The notes below the pieces were generated by a model. That model was not told the origin of the DNA. It did not search any database and saw nothing but the letters and a program-made list of their open reading frames with translations. Of a DNA stretch of 64,000 nucleotides, positions 24,603 through 37,556 are shown one piece after another. Location of the stretch: the NCBI GenBank assembly GCA_951406725.2, contig OX597820.1, positions 80,724,001 to 80,788,000 on the forward strand, read 5' to 3'. This DNA comes from Octopus vulgaris. Its lineage: Eukaryota. The position numbers were made by a program, and so were the translations under genes. Position 1 is the stretch's first letter; every line of letters begins with the position of its first letter.

Positions 24603-25185
24603 CAATATCCACTTAAGCCACAGAAAAAGAGAGCTCGCTATTTGTACACATATTGATCTGAAGAGCAAATATGATTAACTCCAATCGGATTTATTGCACC
24701 AAGTCTTCGCTGCTTCCAGATCTTGCAAGGAGAATGTGTACTTTAATATTGTTAACATCCAATGGCGACCTGAACTGCATTTCAAGACAACAAATACACC
24801 AACTGCTCGGTTTTGAGTCAAATATCCTTATGAGATACTCGCAGATGATTTCAAGCATCAAGCTCAACATTATACATAGCCGAAATTTATAATGTAGCTC
24901 TTATCAACAATCTCAAGGATACAAATTTTCAAGAATTTCAAAGATATATCGCTCTCAATCTAACAATACTGACGTGAATAATCTAGCAACAGACATTTTG
25001 AAAGACACATAGCAGTGTTCGTACTTGAATAGCTTATATTAATGACTCTGAACACAAACTCGCTGCAGTCAAAAGTCAGCTAAGTTTGACAGGATTTGGC
25101 AGTAAGATGCTGGAATTTACTTCTTTGATATTCATTGTGGATTCATCTATGGCTTGCCAAAATCATCCCTCTCCAACGTACAATA

Positions 25186-25247
25186 AGCGTGCCTAGAGAA
25201 CATGCAGCATCAAAATATTATTTTGATGCATGTTCTCTAGGCACGCT
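25186..25247. repeat. 62-bp near-perfect hairpin
   Basis: agcgtgcctagagaacatgca(gca)tcaaaat att attttga tgcatgttctctaggcacgct. Confidence 0.85.
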
Positions 25248-26549
25248 CCTTTCCGCACGTTGATTTTATTTCCAAGGATGGTTTATTTCCTGACAATCCA
25301 ATTTACATTTGTTTATTCTATGGTTTTAAGAACGAAAAAATTTCACGAATGAAAATAATGCACCACCTTCAAAATTAGTTTCGAATGAAATATAGGTATT
25401 TTCACTTTTACATACATAATCCTATGTCCTTCTATAAAACTTGAATTTGATAAATATAATTTACACGAATTATGATCAATTATTATTGAGCGCTTATGTG
25501 TAGCACCGTGTATTAAACCCTGAACTGCTATAAACACATTGGAAACCCTAACTTCGAACATAGCTGGAAACTAAAGAATGCAAAACATTCTATTTACTTT
25601 AACAATACCGTCAACACAGCTATAACGAAAATACGATAAAACCATTAATTAGTTGAACAAAGTCATTTAATAAAATCTATGTTAACAAGTCTGGTAGAAA
25701 CACTTATGCTAAGAGTCTGATTACTTGTTAAGCCATTAGTCATGTGGGTGTGAGCATGACACGTTTAAGAAAATTAACAACAGAAGTATATTTGTGTGCT
25801 ATAGAGGAAAAGTATATTTAGTTTCATTTATTTGACAACTGATTTTTATCTGAGATGGTGAGATAGGATCAAAGCAATAGCACGGTGGTAATAACATTCG
25901 CCTTTAAAATCATACGTACTTATTTACTTTTGTTTTATTTTTATTATTTCGTATTCATATTAGTATTGGTAATTAGATATAAAAGTTTCTAGTCGTACAT
26001 CTACAATTACCCTGCGTAATATTCGTCGATGGCAAATATGTTTTAGTAATCAAAGGAAACCCCGGAAAACAAATCTTGTTTCTTCACTTCTTGATGGCTT
26101 CCTCGCTAAGAATAGCATGTTGCCGATCGAGTTTCCTCTAGTACGAACGCAAGCAGTATGGTTTGCGAATTGGCTAATACTTCAATAGATCACAGATTAA
26201 ATTGGTCTTGGACGCCATCCGGATGATAATTAGATGTTTCCTGTGTACATTGACAGCGAAAACGTGCATAAAACATAAGGCTTGTTTAAAAATTTATAAA
26301 ATATAATGTTTCATTTTATAATTTTAAGCGAAATCTGCCAACTCATTTTTCAATTGCTGATTCTAGAGGAAGAGGTAATACTCCTAACCTTGGCAGGTGC
26401 CTCCATGCCGGTGCTGTTGAGGCCGTTATTTGAGTAATCTAAGGCGAAAAAAAAAAATCCAAAGAAAGGAAAAACAGATTTTTGACGCGTAAAGAGTCAT
26501 AGAAACGAATACTTAATTGTACAACAAAATTCGAAGAAGCTTGTACGTC

Positions 26550-26643
<94 letters not shown>

Positions 26644-26886
26644 TGTATGTGCATCTGATTATGTGCATGTGTGTGCGTGTCTGAGTTTATGTTTAAATGT
26701 TTGTGCGTGTGCTAACTGTGTTTGTGTTAGCGTGATTTGCAAATGCAACTAATCTGAAACTTCGAAGCTATTGTTGAATGTTTCCTTGTGAAAATCATAT
26801 ATGTATAATATACATACACACACACACCTACCTACCTACCTATATACATACATACATACATACATACATACATACATACATACATA

Positions 26887-26954
<68 letters not shown>

Positions 26955-27073
26955 CTACCAGGCGTAAACCATTCGTTTTATTATCCATTATATAGATATG
27001 TATTCATACATTCGTATATTTATGTGTATATCTTTATTTACACAAACACACACGCATACATGTATATGTATAC

Positions 27074-27134
<61 letters not shown>

Positions 27135-27168
27135 CATATATGTATATATGTATATATATGTATATATG

Positions 27169-27305
<137 letters not shown>

Positions 27306-28359
27306 TTCTGTATAAGTTAGACGTTGAGAAACAAACTAAGAGATAGTAGCTATCCAATATACTGCTGGTAGTAGTGTACCCAAGTATTCATATCCAAATG
27401 CTAGTTATTGCATGGCAATCTCGCAATCGGGTATTATATATGGGCGGGGTAACAACTGGTTTACCTTGATTTATACGGCAAATAAGAAAACGGAGAAGAT
27501 ATAAAATCGACAGACATCAGCCGGTAAACATTCCAGTATGTCTATTCAAATGTATTGGATGAATACACACACGTATGAGTGGTACAGATTAGCGAGTGGA
27601 AAAAAACTGGTTACTGCATAAACAAGGGTTAGAATACATATAAGCATATAGAAACAAGTGAACAAATTGGCAAAAAACTAAATGGCTGTGCGGGTGCTAG
27701 TTCCTTACGGCCGTTTCTGCCTAGAGACGACGAAATCTTCCAGGTTATCTCCACCTCTTCAGTGTTATGCAGGGATAAGTAGACAATACTTGGATAATAG
27801 ATGTGCCCCTAGGCTTGTTCAGAGGGTCTAAGTGGTTGGTGGGGGCTAACACATATAGAAGACAGTTAATAGCTAAGATGTGCTTATCCTTTTAAATAGA
27901 GTAGAATAATAAAAATAAGAATGAGAGTAAGAGCAAACACAAGAGTATAAGTGAAGTACAGCATAGTACAATGATACGGGTATAGAAAGGGGAAATAAGG
28001 TACAGACTTCTGGTAATATATTATAAGATCCATGTTATTTCATCCAGTGGTGGGTAGGTAAATATAGTCGTTCTCAGGAGGAATTTTTTCGGGAGGGATA
28101 ATTTTAGTCAGTAGTTTACATTGACTTTCCATAGAACTTCAGTGGTGGGTTTGTTGGTATGGTCCGTGTTACAGGGGTGAAAGTTTATATGTAAAGTTCC
28201 AGTTAGCTTTTTGCCAATTTCCTCACTTGTTTCTATATGCTTATATGTATTCACATCTTTGTTTATGGAGTCGGTCAAGTTTCCCTAAAAGATGGTCAAT
28301 AAAGACGGCGAGATTGCGTAGAACATATTCATATTCGGTGAGTCCCTCATGTACTCAAC

Positions 28360-28800
28360 TGTGGCATAGGGATTTTCTTACTCCTAAATGCGAACATTAT
28401 GTTTGTTGACTTTGCCATTCCTATGAAATGTGGCCTCATCACTGAAAACAAGACGCTTTTCGAACTCCTCATCTTCAGGTTTCTCTTGTATAGCGACACA
28501 GAATTGCTTGCGCGTTTCCCTGTCATCTGTGTTTAAGGCTTGAACGAGTTGAAAATTATAGGGTATCATTCGCAAGCGTTTCCAAACGAATCAGGGTTTC
28601 TGTTGATGCTCTTCTTACAGACTTTCTAGAGTTTTGCACAAATATTTCCCGAACCTGATTGAGGATATCTTCCAATGCTGGTGGTCGTCAAGATCCCTTT
28701 GGCCTACACTGACAGCTTTCCTGTTTGATTTTTTTGTGTCGTGTCCAAATCTGCTTTCCAGTTGATGCATTTTTATAGAATATTCCCGAAAATGCACGCT
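28360..28800 (-). mobile_element. Tc1/mariner-superfamily transposase fragment
   Basis: PYNFQLVQALNTDDRETRKQFC...LVFSDEATFHRNGKVNKHNVRI contains the first catalytic Asp motif. Confidence 0.8.
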
Positions 28801-28969
28801 GAATATACTCTTGTTTGACTGTATTCAAGCATATTCTAACACACACAGTAACTTTTTATTTTACCCTGATAAAGAAAACAGAAAACAAACCTAAGTTTTA
28901 TACATTTTGTGAAAATTTGAGCTCATTTGGGCGAGAATTGGCTATGTTATTAGGCTACGAAATGAATGT

Positions 28970-29024
<55 letters not shown>

Positions 29025-29162
29025 CCGAAACTGCTGAGATAAGCTGGAACTCGACTGAGGATTGAAATGAATGACCCGTCCTTATTATTTCTTGTTCTTT
29101 TTTGTATAATTGTCCGGATGTTTTGTTGTAGCTTGTTACGTTCTTGTTCCATTTTTTGTTTT

Positions 29163-29220
<58 letters not shown>

Positions 29221-29249
29221 ATTTATATATATGTGTGTGTGTGTGTGTG

Positions 29250-29853
29250 TATCTGTAAATGTAATATGTGACAATTATTCAGTAGCCATGATAAAACTCC
29301 GACTTTCGGTGGAAAACCACGCCGCCATCTCTTCAGTTATCCGACCATCGGAAAAATGCTATGAAAATGACCGTTATACAAAGGGAAATTACTGTGTAAT
29401 TGACAGTTATTAAGACAAAAGAGCTATTCGTATGACCGCTAAGTGAGGGGAGAGAGTAAAAGTAAGGGGTCAAAAAAGTTCGTAGTATTCGCGTAAGCGC
29501 GCATATCCATACCTACACACGCGCACCCGCACACCCACGTACATGCGCCTAAAAGTATACACTCGCGCATTTACATGGGTGTGCGGGTGCGCATGTGTAG
29601 GAATGGACATGCGCGCTCACGTTAATACTATGAACATTTTTACCCCCTTACTTAGCGGTCATTCGAATAGCTCTTTTGTCTTAATAACGGTCAATCACAC
29701 AGTAATTTCCCTTTCTATAACGGTCATTTTCATAGCCTTTTTCCGATGGTCGGATAACTGAAGAGATGGCGGCGTGGTTTTCCACCTTGGCATCCGAAAC
29801 TCGGAGTTTTGTTATGGCTACCGAATAATTGTGACATATTACATTTACAGATA
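29250..29853. repeat. ~290-bp-arm palindrome with a hammerhead-like motif in each arm
   Basis: tatctgtaaatgtaatatgt... pairs with ...acatattacatttacagata, loop near 29548-29563. Right arm gataa CTGAAGA (29758) ... GAAAC (29796) TCGGA GTT. Confidence 0.88.
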
Positions 29854-30165
29854 AATTTCCCCTATTTACATAATACTAAAGTCTCTTTCTTTCTTTTGTT
29901 ATCTTACCGTTTTTACCAATATATATATATATATAATGTACTGTTCCGTGATGGTAAGACCAGCAAAAAATGTACTCCATCTGGTGAGAGAGAAATATTT
30001 GTTAATAGACACACGTTTTTATTATTATATAGAGAGATTATGTGAAAACCCTTACATAATACAACCTTCTTCAGAAGACATTTCAGTATACATACATATA
30101 CACACAGACACACATAAACACATATTTTATTAAATATCTAAAATTTCCAATATTTATTCATTTAG

Positions 30166-30568
30166 ATATGCCGGGATACCATGTGAAAAAATTACAGGCT
30201 ATGCGAAAGGTGTTTCTTACAATGTTGGTGAAGACATTGGAGACACTGCTCGCAACACCTGGAATGCTGTACTGGTGGATAAGTCCTGGCGCTTGATTGA
30301 CATGCAATGGGCATCAAGACAAGTGGTTACGCAAGACAAAGGCGAATGGGAACTGATTGACGATGGCACTGGCTCAAAACCAGCCAAAAGTGAAGACAGT
30401 GATGTCAGCTATGATATATATGCTTACGAAGAATTTTATTTTCTTACTGACCCAGAAGAATTTGTATACAGTCATTTCCCAGATGAAGAAGCATGGCAGT
30501 TACTTGCTCGACCAATGACTTTCGAAGAATTCCAAAAAATTGCCTACTTGAGATCAAAGTTCTTTGAG
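30166..30568 (+). CDS. Coding exon 3, transglutaminase-like core (YAGIPCEKITGYAKG...NTWNAVLVD..WRLIDMQW...YFLTDPEEFVYSHFP)
   Basis: Acceptor tttattcatttag completes the AA|A Lys codon. Donor GAG|gtaacg, phase 0. 403 nt. Confidence 0.94.
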
Positions 30569-31987
30569 GTAACGTAGATTTAAAGCTTTCGCTTACAACA
30601 TGAAGTTTCAGATCTTTAATAGAACTAGGAATTAGGAAGCTTTAAGTTTATTCCTTTCCCATGGGCAGCAGTGAAGTTAAATGAATTAGATCAAGTTTGT
30701 TGTGGGTTGACCCATTTCAGCCCCAATTGAGCAGACGTGTAGGTATGAATTGGGAGAGTTTTGGTTGCTATTTCTTGTAGGTGTTGTCAAATTAATAATC
30801 AGAACAGGTTTAATATAGATATGTCCATAATTTAATACGAAGCTCACACAAGAAGTGAGGGTAACAAAGTAGTTCTAAAATACTTCGATTAAATTCAAAG
30901 CATTTTAGCAAATTATACATTCGCAGTGTTTCGTCTAATACAGCAGTGGCTAATGGCTAAATTGTAAACATCTTGTCTTCATATTCAATATAAACCCTTA
31001 ACAATAGCTGGTTTAATTAATCGCTGATGAAATCCTTATAGAGGGATTTATCTGAAATTCCTCTGGTTCAATCTGCTTTATTTAGTCTACATCTATAAAG
31101 TCAAAGTGTTATCATTTCATTATACATACAATCTGTAATATTAGATTTTAATGGAAGTAGCCATAGCTTCCAATGAAAATTAAAATCTTGTTTCGAACTT
31201 TAATGGCGGAGAGATTCATTGTTTTATTCAAATGAACAATGAACAGTAATAACGATATGTTACTTATGCATAACAGGTATACAATTGAACATTAGGAGAG
31301 AGGGATTTAACAGCATATACGTCTTAACAAAAATACATCTCCCTCTTTATCCAACTAGCCCTCTACCTATATACCTATCTGCCTACTGAAGATTATTCGT
31401 AACATATGATGGGAAATATCCTACAGAATGTACATCTTTAATGTGTAAAATAAATATCTCTCCGTCATACTAATGTCTTCACTAAAATTCTGTTTCACAG
31501 GGTGGTAACATATACGGTAGTCAATATGTATAACCCATAGCAGTCATTTAGTTTTATAAATGGCCACAACTCATGGGTTGAAACCGGTTCAATTCAATTA
31601 TTATTGTTTAGAGTGCGTATATTCTTATGAATTATTTACGCGTCAGCAATATTTATACTTTATACTAAACTTTGCTAAGTGGTATATCCATCGATATGCA
31701 CTCAAATTAATTTTAATTATTCAAATACGTTAGAGAGTTGTGAACGCCTGTCATGTTTATACAACCAGACAGGAAAGAGTATCCAGTAGACCCCTTTTTT
31801 CTTGTCCACGGTGACAGACATGTACGACCATTTTATGAATCTTATATATTTTATTTATGAGTGCAGTGACGTCTAAAATCTATGCGTATATCCCATAAAG
31901 TTTATCTTGTTAATATCCTCTTGTTAATTTGTTCATGCTTGAATGTTTTCACATTTGTTGATTTATTGTTTTTATTTATTTTGTTAG

Positions 31988-33340
31988 CTCTCAATGACAG
32001 TGATGTCCCATCCATGGTGTGTACTTCAAGCAGTAAATGGCGAAGCTAACTTGGATATGGGATTCATTTCCGATACTATGAAGTTTTCCTACAACCTATA
32101 TCGCTCCACTAAAGTCGAGCATAAACAGATTCAAGGAAACGTTGACATGGACAAGTTTCTCTTCCTTGAAACAATACCCGACGACAAAACACTAAGTGTA
32201 GAAATTTTCTTCCCGACAACTGGAAAATTTAAAGCCGAAATCTTTGGTCGTGACACGAACGAAACCGATACAGTCTTGAAGTGGCTTTGCACCTATGTAT
32301 TTTATTGTGAAACTCCCAAGACCAATTGCAGACCGCTTCCCCAAAACCCTAGGAAAGAGTGGGGTCCTGGCTCTGATACCATAAGTATGGGTATGGAAGC
32401 TATAACTCACAAGAGGGGCAAAATAAACGTTGATGATGGTGAAGTTGAAGTGAAATTCTCTCTCAACAAAGATCGAGACTTTCTTCATAAACTAACCACA
32501 GAAGACAACAAAACCCTGGACAATTACACCGTTCATCGGATAGAGAATGGAGAAGTTATTTTTCACGCTCGTGTTCCTGGCAAAGGTCAGTATATGTTGA
32601 GCATCATGGCAAAAGAAGACGATGAAGAAGGGGGTTATCCAAGCGTCTGCAATTACCTATTGAGATGTGATGAGGAATTTCCTCCTCTCGAGCCGTTTCC
32701 TGAAATACCTAACGGAGAACTTGGCCCAACAGATGAATTCAAGAAACTTGGTTTGGCTCTTGTTGAGAATTGTTCTGCTATGGTAACAGTCGATAAAACT
32801 GGACAGTTATATTTCAAGATGAAAATCCCTAAAAATGTTGAATTCTTTGCTAAACTAGGTCTTTTAATTGATGGAAATGTAGAAGACAAATCTGAATATG
32901 TTTCCTGGTACAGGGAGGGAGAAATAGTTACTTTTGAACTTCGCTTTGGACAGAAAGGATCATATCGCTTCAATCTTTTTGCCAAACCTGCCGGCCAACC
33001 CGGTGGGTTTCCCAGGGCGTTTAGCTCCATCATCGAAGTTCCTATTCCGATGATGGTAGCTATGAGCTTCCCTGAGAAATACGCCGGCTGGACGGACGAG
33101 TGCAAACTGATTGAACCGTTTAATAAAAATTTGCCCTCCAAAGATAAAGTGGATTTTGCTGCCGTGGTGCCCAATGCTAAAGCTGTTGCAGTAGTGGGTA
33201 ATGAATGGACACAGTTAAAGAAAGACAAAGATGGGGTATGGAAGAATTCAGTTGCTACCATTGAAGAAGGGAAACCAATGTTTTTGTCAGCTAAATTTGA
33301 CGAAGCTGGGAATTCATTTTCCCATTTACTGAAATATGAT
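31988..33340 (+). CDS. Coding exon 4, KY-type Ig-like domain repeats (451 codons)
   Basis: Acceptor ttttgttag, donor GAT|gtaagt. Three similar motifs GKFKAEIFGR / GQYMLSIMAK / GSYRFNLFAK, each followed by a P/FP-rich linker, match the KY/hillarin Ig-like repeat pattern. Confidence 0.93.
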
Positions 33341-34933
33341 GTAAGTTGCTTTTAACTTATTTTCAGTTATCTTAAAATGTACTTCATTGATTTCTTTAAA
33401 AACATAGATGGTTATTGATAAGTGATTTTTAAGGATGAATTTGCTTATTATTTATTATTATATCAATTTGAGTCTCGACGCTATATAACTTTTATATATT
33501 ATGTGTCAGTTTGCAATCTAATAGTAATAGGGATTGTTATGTGCACCATGTCTTCTTACTCGTTCTTGAATGTATCTAGAAGAAATGAGTTTCATGAAAA
33601 TCGCCTTCATTAAGGCAGTTTCTACACGCAAAGCAGAACTAATCACTGTAAGCTTACTAAATGTACGTAAATTTCAATTGCGACTGCACCTTACAGAGGT
33701 GCGTTGTATTTACTGTAAGCTATCTACTTACAGACTGGTGGGTTGTGTAAAGTTGTAAGTCAAACGTCGTAGCTACAGACACAACGTAGTATCACTGACA
33801 TGTTACTAATCGTGGAGCTCTATTGACACACCAATACTTTACTGGACAGTGCAAACGCGCTTTGAGACTGTGTAACATCACATACAGCGGAATGTTATTT
33901 TACTTCCATGATCTCTTAAAGTCCATTATATTTTCCCGTTCTAGAAGCAATATAACCCTGTTGGTTAACTCGATTAACTACGTCTCATTTTTTCCTGAGC
34001 CCTTGGACTCATAAGGCCGTTTCTCGATTTCCAAAACATATAAGTAACCGAGATCACAATATTCCGTTTGTTCGTCGCTGGATGTAAGGTCAGCAATTTT
34101 ACTTATTTTTAGGGAAGGTTACAATTCGATTACATCAAATTCAGTACTTGATTGATACTTTATTTTATCGACTCCAAAAGGATGAAACGTAAAGCTGTCC
34201 TCGGCAGAATCTCAACTCAGGGCGTAAAGAGACAGAAGTGCCACTAAGTATTTTGTCCGACATGCAAACGAGTCTGCTATGACTCATTGTCTTCTTAAAA
34301 TTACATCAACGGCAGAAAATAGTTTACATCAGTCATACCGCTTTACATTATGGCTTGAAATCATGTCCTAGGGTCAACTTTGTCTTTTATCTTTCATAGA
34401 TTTTTGTTTTTATTGTGCCGCAAGGTCAGCTCCGATCGTGCCACTCACAGATCTTTCTTTGGTTAATAAAATAGTTACTAACCGAGTAGCAACATCGATT
34501 TAATCAACTACCTCTCTCTCTCTCTCTCTCTCTAAATCATGTAAGGGAAAAAATTCATGTTTTTATCTTATGACTTATTAAAATTAAAGAATGGACTGGA
34601 ACGAAATTATTATTATTGGCCTGAAATTTAAAGCAATGGGATCCAAACACCTCGCATTCAGCAAATATATAGAGTAAAATAAGGATTTCAAGTTTTAGCA
34701 CAAGGCCAGTAATTTCGAGAATACTCAACTCGCACTCATTTTATCGGCCCCGAAAAGATGAAAGGGAAAGCCGACCATGACAGAATTCTATCTATAGTGA
34801 ATGAACGATAAATCTGTAGATACTAAACCCAGACTTTAGGATTCTATCTGCGTTTATTCATAATAGCAAGCCATTAATAGAACAGTAGAAATATGCAAAG
34901 CTTTCTGGAAATTTAGCTTATATTTACTACATA

Positions 34934-35104
34934 GGCGCAGGAGTGGCTGTGTGGTAAGTAGCTTGCTAACCAGCCACATGGTTCCGGGTTCAGTCCCACT
35001 GCGTGGCATCTTGGGCAAGTGTCTTCTGCTATAGCCCCGGGCCGACCAATGCCTTGTGAGTGGATTTGGTAGACGGAAACTGAAAGAAGCCTGTCGTATA
35101 TATG

Positions 35105-35135
<31 letters not shown>

Positions 35136-35345
35136 GTGTGTGTATATGTTTGTGTGTCTGTGTTTGTCCCCCTAGCATTGCTTGACAACCGATGCTGGTG
35201 TGTTTACGTCCCGTCACTTAGCGGTTTGGCAAAAGAGACCGATAGAATAAGTACTGGGCTTACAAAGAATAAGTCCCGGGGTCGATTTGCTCGACTAAAG
35301 GCGGTGCTCCAGCATGGCCGCAGTCGAATGACTGAAACAAGTAAA
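34934..35345 (+). mobile_element. Full-length tRNA-derived SINE with CORE-like cttgggcaagt motif and internal microsatellite (partial copies ~22765, 23170-23300 -, 39215-40110 -, 44465-44775, 45270-45375 -, 52540-52830 -)
   Basis: A box tggctgtgtgg, B box ggttcagtccc. Body recurs in the window. Confidence 0.85.
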
Positions 35346-35611
35346 GGAGAAAGGAGAAAGGAGAATAACCATAAATCATAGCATTTACACACGCATATAC
35401 ACACATGTATACAAAACATACATGCACATATACATATGAAAATGCATACAAACACGGCCACTTAGCAGTTGTTGCTTAGATTGTAATGAAAGAACTCTCC
35501 TTTGAATCGAAGACTAGATTTTTCTCTATTAGAGAGGCATTTGAAGAATAAAGCCTGAAGAATACACGCATATTTAAAAAAAATATATCCTTTTCTATTT
35601 CCTGTTTCTAG

Positions 35612-35989
35612 GTAATATCAAAAGAAAAAATGGATGAAATTGCAAGAGACCAGAAAAAGGCTCACAGTGACGCCGATGCTGAATACCATGAGAGAACGAA
35701 AATGAAGGAAACCCTGAAGAAAAAAGCTGAAGAAAAACGTAAACAAGAAGCTTTGGAAAAGAGAAGACGAATGGAACTACAAATAATGGAAGATGGCGAA
35801 AAGAAACAGATAGAAGAAAGGTTAGACTTTGAAGAAGCTGGTAAAACATTATCAAGCAGCGACAGTACAGCTCGACGTCTGGAAGAAGAACGGAAGAAAA
35901 GAGAGGAAGACAGAAAGAAAAAAGATGAGAAAATTAGAAAAAGAGAAGCTGACATTATTCAGAAAAGAGATTCTCGTTCTCCTGCTACT
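35612..35989 (+). CDS. Coding exon 5, E/R/K-rich charged helical linker
   Basis: Acceptor ttcctgtttctag, donor ACT|gtgagt, 378 nt, phase 0-0. Confidence 0.88.
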
Positions 35990-36720
35990 GTGAGTATTAA
36001 AATTGTTTCGAGATTCTTTTGATATAAAAATTCATTTTACAGAATATCACTGTACGTACACCATTTATTATACAAGGTTGTATACAGATCCTTTTACTAT
36101 AAGCTTCAGTGTAGGTTACATTTTATTGTATACCACAGCATGTATATTTTAGCGTGCACCATTGTATAGACACCATTTTATATACACCACAGAATATATG
36201 CCATATTACTTTGAATAACTATATATAACAATTATTCTACACCATTGTGTAAATATTGGATTGTATATCTATGAACATGCACCATTTTACAGTACATCAT
36301 TGTATCATCGTCGTTATCGTCATCATCATTCTTACGTCTTCGATTTCCAAGCTAGCATAGAATAGATGCGACTTGTTTGAGGCAATAATCCATGGTCTAA
36401 TATTACCTTACCTGTCGCCAATACTTGCTTTTTTTCCGAGCTAGTTACTTATTACCCCGCTTTTTCTTTTTTACATGTACAGTTTATTGGCCGGAGAAGT
36501 TTTATGGTACACGCAAACAACGACAGTCCCTCTAAAATAGTGGGATCGTTTCAAGCTAAACGTGTGACTGTGTCACCACACACACACACACACACACACA
36601 CACATGCACTCATTTATGTACAGTGTAAAGTTAAAAGAAAACAGAAAAACACACAAAAAGTATGACGGCTGCAGGATAGGTGTAGCGCCTCAGAAGTTTG
36701 AGTGTAGCGTTTAAAAATGC

Positions 36721-37556
36721 GGATGTTTACCTTTTGACCGGCAGATGTAGAAAATAATTTTTTGTAACTAAACACTTTCAAACTTCGTATACTGGTAGAA
36801 TGTGTCATATAAAACACATTTTACTCTTAGCGTTTTTGAGAAAACTTTATATTTACGAAGTTATTTCGTGTTAAAGTTGTCGTATTTCAGTAATTTCAAC
36901 CAATCACTGACGTGTATTCAGCTGAATAAAATTACTGCTGTTGTTTTTCAACAACAACTTCCGGAGGTGTATATTTCGTTTGTCACTGTTATTTATGATA
37001 TATATCATCTCAGTTACGTTTGTATGAATAAACGAGTGTATCTGAAGCATGTTTACTTCATGGCACCACCATAATCGTTCGTGCATTTCTACTGCTTTAA
37101 TTTTTTTCCTGTTTTTCAGCTACTATTTTCGAAAAGCCTTTTTTACACCACTTACATCTCCAATTTATTCATTTTTCCTTTTTTCCATAACTCCAACTCT
37201 AAAACCCTAACCCTAACCTACCCCTAAAACCTTAACCCTGACTCTAAAACCCAACCCTAACCCTAAAACCTTAAATAAAACCATAAATAACAGTGACAGA
37301 CGAAATACAACCGCCGATAGTTGTTGTTGACAAACAACAGCAGTAATTTTATTCAGCTGAATACACATCAGTGATTGGTTGAAATTACCGAAATACGACA
37401 ACTTTAACACGAAATAACTTCGTAAATATAAAGTTTTCTCAAAAATGCTAAGAGTAAAAGATGTTTTATATGACATATTCTACCAGTATACGAAGTTTGA
37501 AAGTGTTTAGTTACAAAAACTTATTTTCTAAATCTGCCGGTCAAAAAGTAAAGATC
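36721..37556. mobile_element. MITE with ~270-bp TIRs and an internal degenerate (CCCTAA)n tract
   Basis: ggatgtttaccttttgaccggcagat... pairs with ...atctgccggtcaaaagtaaagatc. Flanking near-direct repeat taaaaatgc / tcaaaatgc. Confidence 0.85.

Noticed and set aside
31023-31058. CTGATGA followed by hairpin AATCCTT/AGGGATT and a later GAAA
   Set aside because: GAAA does not abut stem II and there is no stem I or III. Probably chance.
32192-33261. Minus-strand ORFs of 98 and 202 aa (also 35662-35955, 45403-45612, 59156-59407)
   Set aside because: Antisense shadows of real + strand exons, with no independent motifs.
36043-36076. Alternative 34-nt phase 0 to 1 microexon candidate (ttttacag|AATATC...CAAG|gttgta)
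   Set aside because: It needs a 53-nt intron and a weak donor and lies in low-complexity sequence. 41851-41890 has far better signals.
37190-37270. Telomere or chromosome-fusion relic
   Set aside because: Short, degenerate and internal to a MITE.
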